DNA from: Candidatus Versatilivorator sp.
GTDB lineage: Bacteria > Acidobacteriota > Terriglobia > Versatilivoradales > Versatilivoraceae
Assembly (NCBI GenBank): GCA_965207735.1
Contig: OZ242296.1
Coordinates: forward strand, 2,144,001-2,208,000
DNA: 64,000 bases
Direction of reading: 5' to 3'
The notes under the pieces were generated by a model. It was not told where the DNA came from and made no database searches. It saw only the letters and a list, made by a program, of their open reading frames with translations. A program made the position numbers and the translations under genes. This document shows, piece by piece, positions 1 through 12,300 of the stretch. The number at the start of each line of letters is the position of its first letter. Position 1 is the first letter of the stretch.

Positions 1-190
1 AATCAACCTCCAGCGCGTTGCGATGCTTCTCGGGAAGTTCCAGCCAGGCCTTGAGCAACTCGTCCGGCCGGGTCTCTCTCATGGCTGTAAAGTCCAGCTC
101 CCCGAACAGGCCTCGGTCCTTGAAGCAGCGTGCCAGCAGAACATTTGGAATCTGTCGAAAAAAGCTCCGGGACGAGTAATGACGGGCCAT
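1..190 (-). CDS. conserved-looking hypothetical protein, N-terminus only (runs off left window edge)
   Basis: Not in the ORF track. Minus strand: GGAGG RBS, then ATG at 190, MARHYSSRSFFRQIPNVLLARCFKDRGLFGELDFTAMRETRPDELLKAWLELPEKHRNALEVD, open to the edge. Confidence 0.65.
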   Translation of the reverse strand, partial: MARHYSSRSFFRQIPNVLLARCFKDRGLFGELDFTAMRETRPDELLKAWLELPEKHRNALEVD

Positions 191-379
191 CGGTCCTCCA
201 CCGAACCGGCTCGTTCCGAATCGTGAGGGTGTCCGGCTGTCGTGGTGCAAATATCCGTCAGCGGAATCTGTCCCGTGACATTTCCGATGTTGATCGTGGA
301 TATGAAGATGAAATTCGTGTTTTGACAGGAATAATCGCGATTGTTCCTGTCTTTGACGGGTAGAGCGTCCTTCGTCCTA

Positions 380-3300
380 TTATTCCCGTGCCGGCACATA
401 GGCCCCATCTCCGCTGCGTTCTCCCGGAGCCCCGCCGTCATTGACCACACCATAGGCCAGGAACGGGTTCTCCCCCGACACCTTCTCGATCCGGATATAC
501 CCCTGACGGGTCTCGGCTGAGGCTCGCCCCAAAATCCCGTTGATCTGATGCCAGCCCCGCGCCGGGATGGCTTTCGTCACCACCGTATCCGCCAGCATCC
601 CCGTCTCCCCGTTGTAAATCTCCAGATGGAAAACACTCGGGCTCCCGTCCACCTCCCCCGTGTTGACCAGCGCCAGGTTGCTTCGGTTCTCCTCGTTCTG
701 CTGCAATCCATTTACCCAAGCCTCCCGGGAGAAGGCCTCGCCGAAGGGCACCGCGACGTAGAAGACACTGTATTGCCCACCGCCTCCCTTCGAGCCCGTC
801 CTGGCCCCAATCACAATCCCGCTCAGGTCTCCCTCTTCGGCCGTGACGAACAACGGCCCCAGGTAGAAGCCCCGACTCGTGCCCAGCCCAGCCATCCCCT
901 CCAAGCGCAACTCCTCCACCAGCTCGGGAACGATCTGCTGTTCGCCCCCTTCCAGCACCATGCTGAACTCCACCCCCTTGTCGTCTCCCTTGATCTGCTC
1001 CGACACAAACTCCAGGTCCAGCCTCCTCGGCTCCTCCGAGAAGTTCGTCACCGTCAGCTCGCTGGTGAAGTCTCTCGTCTCCACGATCACCGGCAAGGCC
1101 TGCGCCACCTTCCCCTCCAGCGAACTGGCCGTCACCGGAAAGATGAACGACCCGTCCGAGTTCTCCTGGTCGTTGATCACCCCGTAGGCGTAGAAGGGCG
1201 CCTCTCCCTCTACCCGCTCCACCTTCACGTAGCCGTTCTCCACACTGCCCAGCAGCCCCGAGTACTGGTGAAACCCTCCCGGCTCCAGCGTTACATCGTC
1301 CAGCTCCCGGGGGCTGGTGTCGGATGCCTCGCCCGAGTAGACCGTGGTCTTGAGCGTGATCGCACCCTCTTCTGAGGTCCCCATGTTCTGGAAGGCCACG
1401 TTCGAGCGGTCCTGGCTGTTCTGTCTGAGGCCGCACAGATAGACCGGTTCGTCAAAGCCTTCTTCCTCCGCCACCCCAAGGTAGGCCAGCCCCGCCCTTC
1501 CCTCAGGCACCAGCGTCGTGGTCCGCACCACCGCCTCCACCTCGGACTTCACTGCGACCTCCACTCTCAATGTCCCGATCCGGTTCCCGGTTGCGGGAAT
1601 CGGTACCCCCAGACCCCTCAGATAGTCCAGGGCGTCGATCTCGATCTTCTGCCGACCTGCGTCGAGCCGGTCGGTGGCCGTGCCGCTTCCCCCACCTGCA
1701 TCCGCCGTGTAGATGTAGTGGAGGGTGGCCTCTTCCATCCCACGGTTGGTCAGCGTCAGCTCCGAGGTGAAAAAGGAGTTGTTCCGCCCCGCCGAGGACA
1801 GGATCACCGGAACGAACGGCGACCCCGTCGTCAGCCGGAAGCTCCCCTCGGCCACCTCCCCCTCCCCGCAGTCATAGACGAACCTGCCCTCTCCCAACTC
1901 GGTGAAGGTCAGCGAAACTTCACAGGAACTCCCGTCATCGTAGTCCAGCCCCAGCCTTCCCTTGCGCGGACCTGTCCTCTCATAGGTGTAGGCGCCCGTT
2001 CGGGAAGCGCCCTCGGTCCTGGTCGCAGTTTGCTCTCCGCCCGACTCCATCTGCTCGAACCGGTTGTCCTCTCCGAACCGCAGCTCAAGGCTGCCGGCGG
2101 GCTCCTCCCCACCCGTGAGCCGTAACCTCAACCGTCTGCCCTCCAGGTCCTCCCCGGTGAAGTCCGAGGGATCGTCCGAGTCGGGCTCCTCCCCTCCCGT
2201 CCTCCCTTCCCCCGGCTGCGACCACTCACCCCTCCCCTCTTCGTTCACGGCCCTCACCTCCACCCGGTAGAGCCTCTCCTCCTCCAGGCCCGTCAGCGTC
2301 AACATGAGTCCCGTCCCCTCATGCCCCCCGTCCCGGTAGCCTTCCTCTCCCTCCTCCCGGTAGCGCACCTCATAGCCGGTGATCTCAGGCCCACGGTTCT
2401 CAGGCTCGGACCAGCTCACCTTCAGGCTGTCCGTGCCCTCCGCTCTCACCTCCGGAGCCGCCACCGCCCCCGGCGGCTCCTCCTCGTCCGTCACCCGCAC
2501 CCGTATGGCCCTCTGCCTCCTCCGTTCCCTCTCTCCCTCCCCGCTCCTCGCCTCCACCACCACCACGTATTCGTTGTCTCCCGCTCCGCTTGCCGGGTCG
2601 GTGCCAGCCGCATCGGCAGGCCTCTCATAGTCCGGCGCCTCCGTGAAGCTCAGCTCTCCCGTCTGCTCAACTACCCTAAACAGCGCCCCGTCCGCTCCCC
2701 CCGCAATCCCGTAGCCGGCAACCTCGTCCCCCTCGTCGGAGTCCACCGCCTCCAGCCGCACTACCTTCCTCTGGTTCTCCACCACCTCGAACTGCCCCGG
2801 GCTCGTGATCTCAGGCACCCGGTTCAGCTCGCTCAGCCGGAAGCTCCCCTGTCCCTGCAACCCGCCCCCGCAGCGGTAGCTGTAGCTGCCTTCTCCCACT
2901 CCGCCGAAGCTCATCCGCAGTTCGCACGTCTCCCCCCCGTCGTAGTCCAGGCTCAGCTCTCCCGTCGTCCGGCTGGTGTAGCGGTACCGGTAGCTCCCCA
3001 TGCGGGTCGCCGTCACTTCCCCCGCTGCATCCAGCTCCCTCTCCTCAAACCGCAGACCCCCTCCAAACCTCACCTTCAGACTCCGCCGGCTTCCTCCAAA
3101 CGGCGTCCACTCCAATCCGACCTCTCCACCCTCCAGGTCCTCCGCCCGGAAGTTCGACCGATAGGCCGGGTCCAGAGGCATCACCGCCTCCACCGCCTCC
3201 GTCTCCCGCCCGTTGCCGATCTGGTTGACCCCACGCAGCTCGAAGACATAGACCGTCCCGTTGAGAAGCCCCATGAGGGTGTAGCCGGAGGCGTTGACCT

Positions 3301-6300
3301 CCCCGGGGGCGCTGTCCGGGATGGGTGTCCACTCGCCGAACTCGCCCAGGCCTTCTTTGAGGCGGTACTCATAGCGCAGGATCTCGGCGCCCCCGTCGCT
3401 TTCCGGCGGACTCCACGCCAACCGCACCGCCCCGTCCCCGGGTGTCGCCGTCAGGACTGCCGGCGTCTCCGGCGCAAACAGCAGGCCACCTCCTCCTCCG
3501 CCTCCGCCTCCTCCGCCTCCTCCACCGCTACCATTGCCGCCACCAGCCACCGGAGTGGCCATCGCCGTCTCAACTCCCCCCTTGCCCAGGGCATTGACCG
3601 CCCGCGCCTCGATGACATATTCCCGGCCGTTGATCAGGCCTCCCACCGTCACCCCGCTCGACCCCGCTCCCACGTTCTCCCACTCGCTCCACGCCTCCCC
3701 GGTGGCCGCGTACCGGTACTCGTAGCGGATGATGGGAGAGCCTCCGTTATCCGAGGGCCGGGTCCAGCGCAACCTCACCGACCCGTTTGCCCCATTGGCT
3801 CCCAGACTCAATGTCGAAATCGGTTCGGGTGAACCCGGCGGTGACACCCGGACCCTCAAGATCCCTTCCTCGTTACCCTGCCCACTTGCCGCCGACGCCA
3901 CTGTGTCAGCCAGCACATGAAGACTTAACTGGTAGCTGTGGGCCACCCGGTCGGTCCAGGGCGCCACCCTGGCCGTGAATACCCGATTGTCTCCCGTCTG
4001 CAACCCGATGATCTGCGGGTTGCAGTTGACCGTATTGTTCTGGTCGTCCACGCAGGCCGGATCCTGTCTGGAGTCGACATCGCTGGTGCTGAACCCCGTC
4101 ACCTCCTCGGAAAAGCTCAACCGCATCCCGAATTCCCCCGACACCGGCGACTCTTCCATGGTCTCCATCTCAAGCGTCAGCAATGCAATCGTCATCCCCT
4201 CACCCAAGGGCGACCAACCACCGATCCCCTCATCGTTGGTCGCGCTTACCTGCACCTCGTAGTCCGTCCCCGGCTTGAGGCTGGAGAGCGTCGCTGTGAG
4301 ACCCGGTCCCTCGTGCCCCGCGTCGCTGAAACGCCCCTGGCCTGCTTCCCGGTACTGTAGGTCATAGTCGGTGATGGGAGGGCCGGTGTTGTCCGGCTCG
4401 CTCCAGTTCACCGTCAGGCTGTCGGCCGTCTCCCCCGAAAACGTGGGTGCGTCCGGAACACCAGGAGGTTCCCGCTCGTCGGTCACCGTGATCGTGAACG
4501 TCTTCTCCACCGTCAGCTCCCTGGCTCCCGTCCCGCTGGTCGCTTCCACCGTCACCTCGTACTCGTTGTCTCCGGGAGCTTCGAAATCGGGCGGAGCCCG
4601 GAAGCTCAGCTCTCCCGTATCGGAAGCAAGCGAGAACTCGGACTGGTCGGCCCCGCCCGTAATCGCCCATCCCGTCACTTCGTCCCCCGGGTCGGTGTCC
4701 CTGGCCGCCAGACGCCTCGCCGCCGTCTGGTTCTCCGGAACGTCGAACGAACTTGGACTCGTGATCTCCGGATCCGTGTTCGGCGCTCCCGTCGTGTTGG
4801 TCACCGACCGGTTGCTCAACCCCGCCGCGTCATTGCCCACCTCATCCTGGATCGGGTTGGTCCCTCCTGTGTAGCTCACCCGAATTTCGGTATCCCCGTG
4901 CTCGACCGCCGGGTTGAGCGTCAGTGTCACCACGCTCCCGTTGATCGACACTCCTGAAACCGTTCTCGTAGACCCATCCACCGTCACCGCGAAGTCCCCC
5001 GACGCGGGCCTCGACCCCCCATCCAGCGCCTCCCGGTAAGTCAGCGTCAGCGAGGCCCCGTCCACCGCCGCGCTCACAAATGCCGGCCGGACTCCGTCCA
5101 CCTGGTGCCCGAGGTCGGCTGCTACGGCCTCATGGGCCAGCTCGGCCGCATTCTCGGCTTCGTCCTTGATGGTTCCTCCATTGAGCCTCAGTTGGTTCGC
5201 CCGCACACTGACCCCGGCGGTGTCTTCGTCGCCATCGGCTACCTCATAGGCAAACACCAGCGCCTCCGTATCCGTACCTCTGTCGTAGCCGGCCGGCCGG
5301 TTCCGGCTCCCCACTCTCAGACTCAACTGCGGCGTCCCCGTCACCTTGACCGTCTCGTTGAAGGTCACCGTCACCTCGATCTCGTCCTCCATCGCATAGG
5401 TCTGGTCAGCTCCCGGGTTCGAACTGATGGCCAGACTGTTTACCTCCGGAGCTGTCGTGTCGGGCGTTTCGTTCGTCACCGCTTCGCGGCTGAGCGCCTC
5501 CGCTTCGTTGCCGGGCACGTCCCGGATCTTGTTCGTCCCTGGCGTGTAGCTCACCTGAATCCCCGCCTCCAGATGCTCGGCCCCCGTATCCAGCGTCAGC
5601 ACGACCGTGCTGCCGCTCACCAAAACGCGGGAGACGGTCCGCATCTGGTCCCCTCCCGACACCGTGAAGTCTCCCGACGCAGGGGTCGAGCTCCCGTCGA
5701 GCGGTTCGTCGTAGGTCAGTGTCAGCGTCGTCCCGTCCACCACCGCGCCGCCGGCCGTTGCCAGCTCCGGCTTGACCCCGTCCACCTTGTGGTTCGAGTC
5801 TGCAGCCAATCCGTCATGGTCAAGCTCCGCTGGATTGTCCGAGGTGTCCTCGATCGTCCCGCCCGACAGGCTGTCGGCCTCGACCCCCACCCCGTCGGTG
5901 TCGCTCTCCCGGTCGGCCACCTCGTAGGCAAAGACCAGGGCTGCTGTGCCCGACCCGCCTTCGTAGGTCGCCGTTCGGCTCCCCCCTCCCAGTTCCAGAC
6001 TCAACTGTGGCGTCCCCGTCACTTCCACTGTCTCGCTGAAAGTCACCGTCACCTGGATCTCGTCATCTGCCGCGTAGGTCCGGTCCGTCCCGGGGTTCGA
6101 GGTGATCTCGACCTTGCTTACCGTTGGAGCGGTGTCGTCCACATCCCGAAGCCTCACAGTGAGGGCCGCCTCCACCGGATTAGCGCCGTCGCTCACCTGC
6201 ACCGTGACCTCGTAGCCGCCGTCCCTATTGTCGTCGTCCGGCTCCTCGAAATCCTTCGCCTCCGCGAAGGTGAGCTCGCCGTCAGCCGTCAAAATGAACT

Positions 6301-9300
6301 TGTCCCGATCCGCCCCGCCCGTGATCGCCCATGTCAGATCCTCCACCCGGTCATCCCCGTCCGTCGCCGTAAGCGTCACGACCGCCGTCTCATTCTCCGC
6401 CACGAAAATCAGGTCGTCCGTCGTGATCACCGGCGCCTCGTCGTCATCGGTGATCCGAATCGTTTTGGCAGTGCCCACCCTGCGGGATCCATGCTTAGCC
6501 GTAACCAGGACAGTCTCGGCGTCATCGTCAATCTTGTCGTCGATCGCCGTGACGTCGGTCGTGATCTCGCTGTGCTTCGCCTCCAGCGTGAGCGTCTCAG
6601 ACCCCACCCTGTAGTCCGTATTCTTATCCGCCGTCCCTTCAAGAGTGAGGGTGATTGTCTGATTCTGCGCAAAGGTAACGCGGTTCGTGACCTCGACCTT
6701 TACCGTCGCCGTTCCCCCCGCTTCCTCGATCTCCTCCGGATCGACCGACAGGGACAACTCTGGCACCGCATCGTCATCCCGGATCGTCAGCATCACCGCA
6801 GACGGCCCGATCACTCCCTCGCTGTTGCCGGATGTGCCCGACACACGCACGGACTTATCGGGCGTGTCTACATTGTTGTTGTGGGCGGTGATCGTCACTG
6901 TCCCGGTGCTGACGGTCTCGCCTTCCGTAATCGTCAGTGTCTTGTTCGCGCTCAGCGTGAAGTCCGCCGCCACTGCAGGGGCCAACGCCGCTGCCGATAC
7001 CGTTATGGTTGTCTCCTCGCTCGACGCACGGTTCAGTCTCGCCGTCACCGTGGCGCTGGCCCCGTTCTCACTAATTGCATTCGGCGTTAGCTCAAGCGTT
7101 ACTGTCAGTGGCGCCATTCCCACGTCCACTGAAACTGGTGCGCTACGCGTCGCTACGCCTCCTGAGACTAAAGCCGCCACCTGATAGATATAAGTCTCAC
7201 CGGCGGTCACGTCGCTGTCGGTGTAAGTAAGCCCCGTCAGGTTCTCCGCAATGTTTTCGAGCGTCGTGCCGTCGTCACGGTAGAGGGTGTAAGTGACTGA
7301 CGGTGCCGGGTTCCAGTGGCTGGTGTCCACCGCAGTCCAGGTCAACGTCACTCCAGTCGCTCCGGCTGCCGCCTGCAGGGTCGGCCCTTCCCGCAACTGG
7401 TGGCCAAACTCCGGCCAGCTCGCCGAGCCTTGTCCATCGAAGTTCACCTTCAGCACCGGGTACTGGCCGCTCGTGCCGAAGTGCCAGTAGTCCTCGTTCG
7501 TGCCGTCCCCGTCCAGGTCCACGTTCCACTGCGAATAGATCCCGCTGTATCCGCTCGGCGTCTGCAGCGCTGCGTTATTCTGTCCCTGGCCTTCCGCTCC
7601 AGTGGCAAGCCCCGAGGTCGTGGTGTCCCAGTAGCTGGCGGTGACCGTGCCGCTGTTGCTGCCGGCGAGCCCTCCAACGTCGGACTTGCCTGACACAGGT
7701 CCGGTCGCGTAGCCGGCCGTCACCGTGCCGCTGTTGCTGCCAACCAGCCCCCCTACATTGACATCGCCCGCTGCTCGGCCCGTCGCATAGCTCGCTGTTA
7801 CGGTCCCGTGATTCGCGCCGACCAGCCCGCCGACGTCGTCGCCGCCCGTGACCTCGACCGCGGCATAGCTGGCGACGACGGAGCCTCTGTTATCACCTAC
7901 CAGGCCGCCGACCTCCGCGCCGGTCCCGGACACCGTGCCGGTCACGTAGCTGGCAATGACCGAACCGCTGTTGAGTCCCGCCAGCCCGCCGACGTAATTG
8001 GTGCCCGAAACCGCGACGCCGATCAGACCGACGTGTCGAATGACGCTCGACGGCCCGGTCACGCCGAACAGCCCTTTGGTGAAGAAACTATCGACAAACA
8101 GATTGGAGATGGTGTGCCCGTTGCCCTCGAACACCGCCTGAAAGGGATTGCTGTAGCCGCCGATCCCGCTCCATCCCAGCCCGCGATTCCAATGCGCATC
8201 GTCCTTATCGGCCACCCCGTTGCCGTTGGTGTCGAAGTCCAGATCGGCCTTGAGCTCGTAGCCCACGCAATCGGTGAGTCCGCCGCAGCCCTGCCGACTG
8301 TCGACACCCGGAAACGCACTTCTATAAAGGCGAAAGGAGTCTCTCCCCGGGTCACCGTCCCCGTCCAGGTCATTAAGAACGGCCTCAAGCTGCTGGAGGT
8401 TCGTGATCTCGATCAGACCGTCGTCGTCCGTGTCGTAGTCGATCGCGCTCGACGCCAGAACCGTCACCGTAAACGTATGCGTTCCGCTCCCGGTCGACCC
8501 GCCCGCGTCGGTGGCCGTCACCGTGATCGTCGCCGTGCCGGCCGCCACCGGCGTGAGCGTCACCCGCGTGCCCGACAGGCTCACCGTGGCGACGCTTGTC
8601 GCCGACGAGGCAACCGCGTAGGTCAGCGCGTCGGTCTCCGGATCCTCGAACGCCTCCCCCAACTCGACCCCCGCCGCGTCGCCCACGTGCAGCCACCGGT
8701 CCGGCAGCGTCCCTATCGCAACCGGCGGCGAGTTACCGGGTGTGCTCACTACGAGCACGCTACGGATTGCCTCGCCGCCGTCGATTAACGCCGCCACCCG
8801 ATAGGTGTAGGTGGCGCCGGCCCGCGCAGCTGAATTGGTATACAGAAGTTCCCCGAGGTCCTCCGCCAAAGTCTCGACCGTGGCTCCATCGGTGCGGGTG
8901 ACAGTGTAGGTCACATCCGGTGCCGGATCCCAGTGGCTAGTTTCGACGGCGATCCAGGTCAGGGCGACCTGCGCACTCCCTGGCGTCGTCTCCATCGACG
9001 TCGCCGTCAGAGTCGGGCCGGCCCGCAACTGGTAGCCGAACTCCTGCCACGTCGCCGACGCCTGCTTGTCGAAGTTCACCTTCAGCGCGGGATACTGACT
9101 GCTCGTGCCGAAGTCCCAGGAACTGTCATTCCAGTTCTCATAAAGGCCGGAACTGTCCATCGGCGCCTGCAGCGCCGATGTCGTCTGTCCTGCCCCCGCC
9201 GCGCTGCTCGAAAGACCCGAGGTGACCGTGTCCCAGTAGCTGGCGGTGACGGCGGCGGCGGAGCAGCCGTCGGTCGACCCGATCAGCCCGCCGACGTGGC

Positions 9301-12300
9301 TGCCGCCCGAGACGGTCCCTGTAGCGTAGCCGGCTGTGAGCGAGCCGCAATGGAGTCCAATCAACCCGCCGACTTCATCGCCTCCCGAGACAGGGCCGGT
9401 CGCATAGCTGGCGCGGACTGCCCCAGAGTTGACTCCGACCAAGCCGCCGATTAGGCCGTCCTCACCCGTCACCTCCGCTGTGGAATAGCTGGTCGTGATC
9501 GTCCCACTGTCCCATGAGTTTCCGGCGAGACCGCCAACCGAGGAGCCCCTCCCAGACACGCGGCCCGTCACGTAACTGGAATGGATTTCACCTCTGTTTT
9601 GGGAAACCAGCCCACCCACCGTTGTACCGCCCGACACATCGACATCGATCAGCCCCACCCGGCGGATGACGCCCCCGTTCCCTCCGAACAAACCTGCGCT
9701 GAAATAGCGACTGAACAGGTTCCTGATGGTGCGGCCGTTGCCCTCGAAAGTCGCATTTAAGGGATAACCGACGCGGCCGATCGGATCCCAGCCCAGCCCG
9801 CCGTTCCGGTACTCGTCACCCGCGTCCACACTCCCGTCGCCATTGGTGTCGAAGTCCAGGTCCGTTTCCAGCTCGTACCCCGTGCATCCACCACTGGATG
9901 GGCACCCCATTCCGGTCGCGGCGAGGGGAAACGCCATCGCATAGGTCGCCATCCCCGACTGGTCCGGGATACCGTCCCCGTTAGGGTCATGGCGAATTGC
10001 ATCCAGTTGAGCCAGGGTGAAGATGTCGATCAACCCGTCATTGTCCGCATCGTAGTCAACACCGGTCCCTGTCCACACGGTGACCCGAAAGCGCTGGCTG
10101 ACGCTCAGGTTCGTGCTGCTGGATTCGGTTGCCGTCACGGTGATCGTGGTCCGCCCCGTAGCGACCGGCGTAATCGTCACCTGGGAGTCCGACACGCTGA
10201 CCGTCGCTACGTCCACGTCGGAGGATGACGCCGCATAGGTCAAGGTGTCGTCCAGATCCGAAAACGCCCCTGCCACCGCCACGACCTCCGCCGTGCCCAC
10301 CTTAAGCAAACGATCCGGCAGCGTGCCCACCACGACCCGGGGCGGCTGGTTGGCCACGCCCGCGACGACCTCGACCAGCGCGCTGCGTGTCGCAGCGCCG
10401 CCATATACCAGAGCAGACACTTGGTAAGTGTAGGTGGAGCCAGCCGTCACAGCCGAGTCGGTGTATTGGAGCCCCGTGAGGTTCGTCGCAAGGATTTCCA
10501 CCGTCGTGCCGTCGTCACGGATCAGCGTGTAGGCAACCGCCGGTACCGGATTCCAGGGGCTGGTATCCACGGCGGTCCACGTCAGGGTCACTCCCTGCCC
10601 CACACTCGTCGCAGCCGTCAGCGCCGGACCGGCCCGCAACTGGTAGCCGAACTCCTGCCACGTCGCCTCCCCATTGCCGTCCAGATCCGCCACCACGGCC
10701 GGGTACTGGGCGCTCGTGCCGAAGTCCCAGGGAGCGTCGGTCTCGGTGTCGCCGTCCAGATCCAGGTTCCAGGTCTGATAGATCCCGCTGTAATCCGTAG
10801 ACGCCTGCAGCTCCACCGTGGTGCGGCCGCCTGTCCCAATCGCATGTCCAGAGGTGCGCGTGTCCCAGTAACTCGCCGACAGTTTTTCCGATGCGGTTCG
10901 AGTGTCCCGCCCGACCAGCCCGCCGACACTCTCATCCCCCCAGACGAGGCTCGTCGCGTAGCTCGCCGTGATCGTGCTCGTCACGGTAGCCCAGCCGACC
11001 AGTCCCCCGACTTCGTCTCCCCCCTCGATGTGCCCGGTCGCGTAGCTGGCCGTGACGGGGCCGTCGCTGCGCCCCACCAGTCCGCCGACGCTCTCGGTCC
11101 CCTTGACGTGCCCGGTCGCGTAGCTCGCCGTAACCTCGCTCGTATTAACGCTGAGCCCGACCAGCCCGCCCACGTCGTCACGTCCCGACACTTCGGCGGT
11201 GGAATAGCTGGCGGTGATGGCGGAATGGGACTCGTCGTTGTAGAAGAACACGCCGCTACGTCCGACCAGTCCGCCGACATAGTCATCCCCCGACACGCTG
11301 CCCGTCACAGAGCTGTGGCTAATCTCTCCGTCACTGCTGTACCCGACCAGCCCGCCGACATAGGAACCGCCCGTCACAGAGACATCGGCCAGCCCGATGG
11401 CGCGGACGACGCCGTCCTGGATCCTCCCGAACAGCCCCGCGGGAAAGAAGCTGCTGGAATCGATGAATTCGATAAAGAGATTGCTGACGGAATGCCCGTT
11501 GCCATCGAAAGTCGCTGTGAACGGATTGAATGCGCTGCCAACGGGCGTCCAGCCATCCCCGTCGTTCCAGTAGGCGTCGTTTGAGTCGACATCGCCGTCG
11601 CCGTCGGTGTCGAAGTCCAGATTCGTCGTCAATTCGTAGCCAATACAGCCGTCGGGGCACCCCATGCCCGCCGTTCCCTCGACGAACGCCGCATGGTACT
11701 GGCTCCAATTGGCCGGCTCGTCCGCCAAACCGTCGCCGTTCAGGTCGTAGCGCACGGCGTCAAGCTGCGCCAGAGTGGCGACATCGATGAGGCCGTCATC
11801 ATCCGGGTCGTAGTCGCGAGTACCCACCTGGACCGCGACTCCGATGGTCAGCACGGCGCTCAGGCCCTCCGGATCGGTCGCGACCACCGTCACTTCCATG
11901 AGGCCGGGAGAGAGCGGCGTCAGCGTAAACGCCGTCCCTGTCAGGGCGCCGACCGACAGCCGCTCGGCGTCGCTCGACCATACCGTGTAGGTCAACATGT
12001 CGTTGTCAGGATCGGAAAAGACCCCGGCCAGACCAATCTCCACGACGCCGCCACCGGGCGTCAGCGTCCGGTTGGCCGGCGCGTTGGCCACGGTCGGCGC
12101 CCCATTACGATCTGAAACAGCGACGTCCAGCTCATCGACCGCGCCGGAGGCCATCACGATGCCGGCACCGGAATCGCGATCAACGCCTGTCGCCTCGATG
12201 TCGAGCGCCGCCCCGGTCATGGCCGTGCGCAGTTCGTCTTGCGTGACGTTGGCCGGACCGCCAGCTGCCTCCAGCACCAGGGCCGCAATCCCAGCCGCGT

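Noticed and set aside
3487-3545. (CCT/CCG)n tract as a phase-variation switch
   Set aside because: It is a mixed-codon triplet repeat encoding a poly-Gly linker, so slippage would keep the frame.
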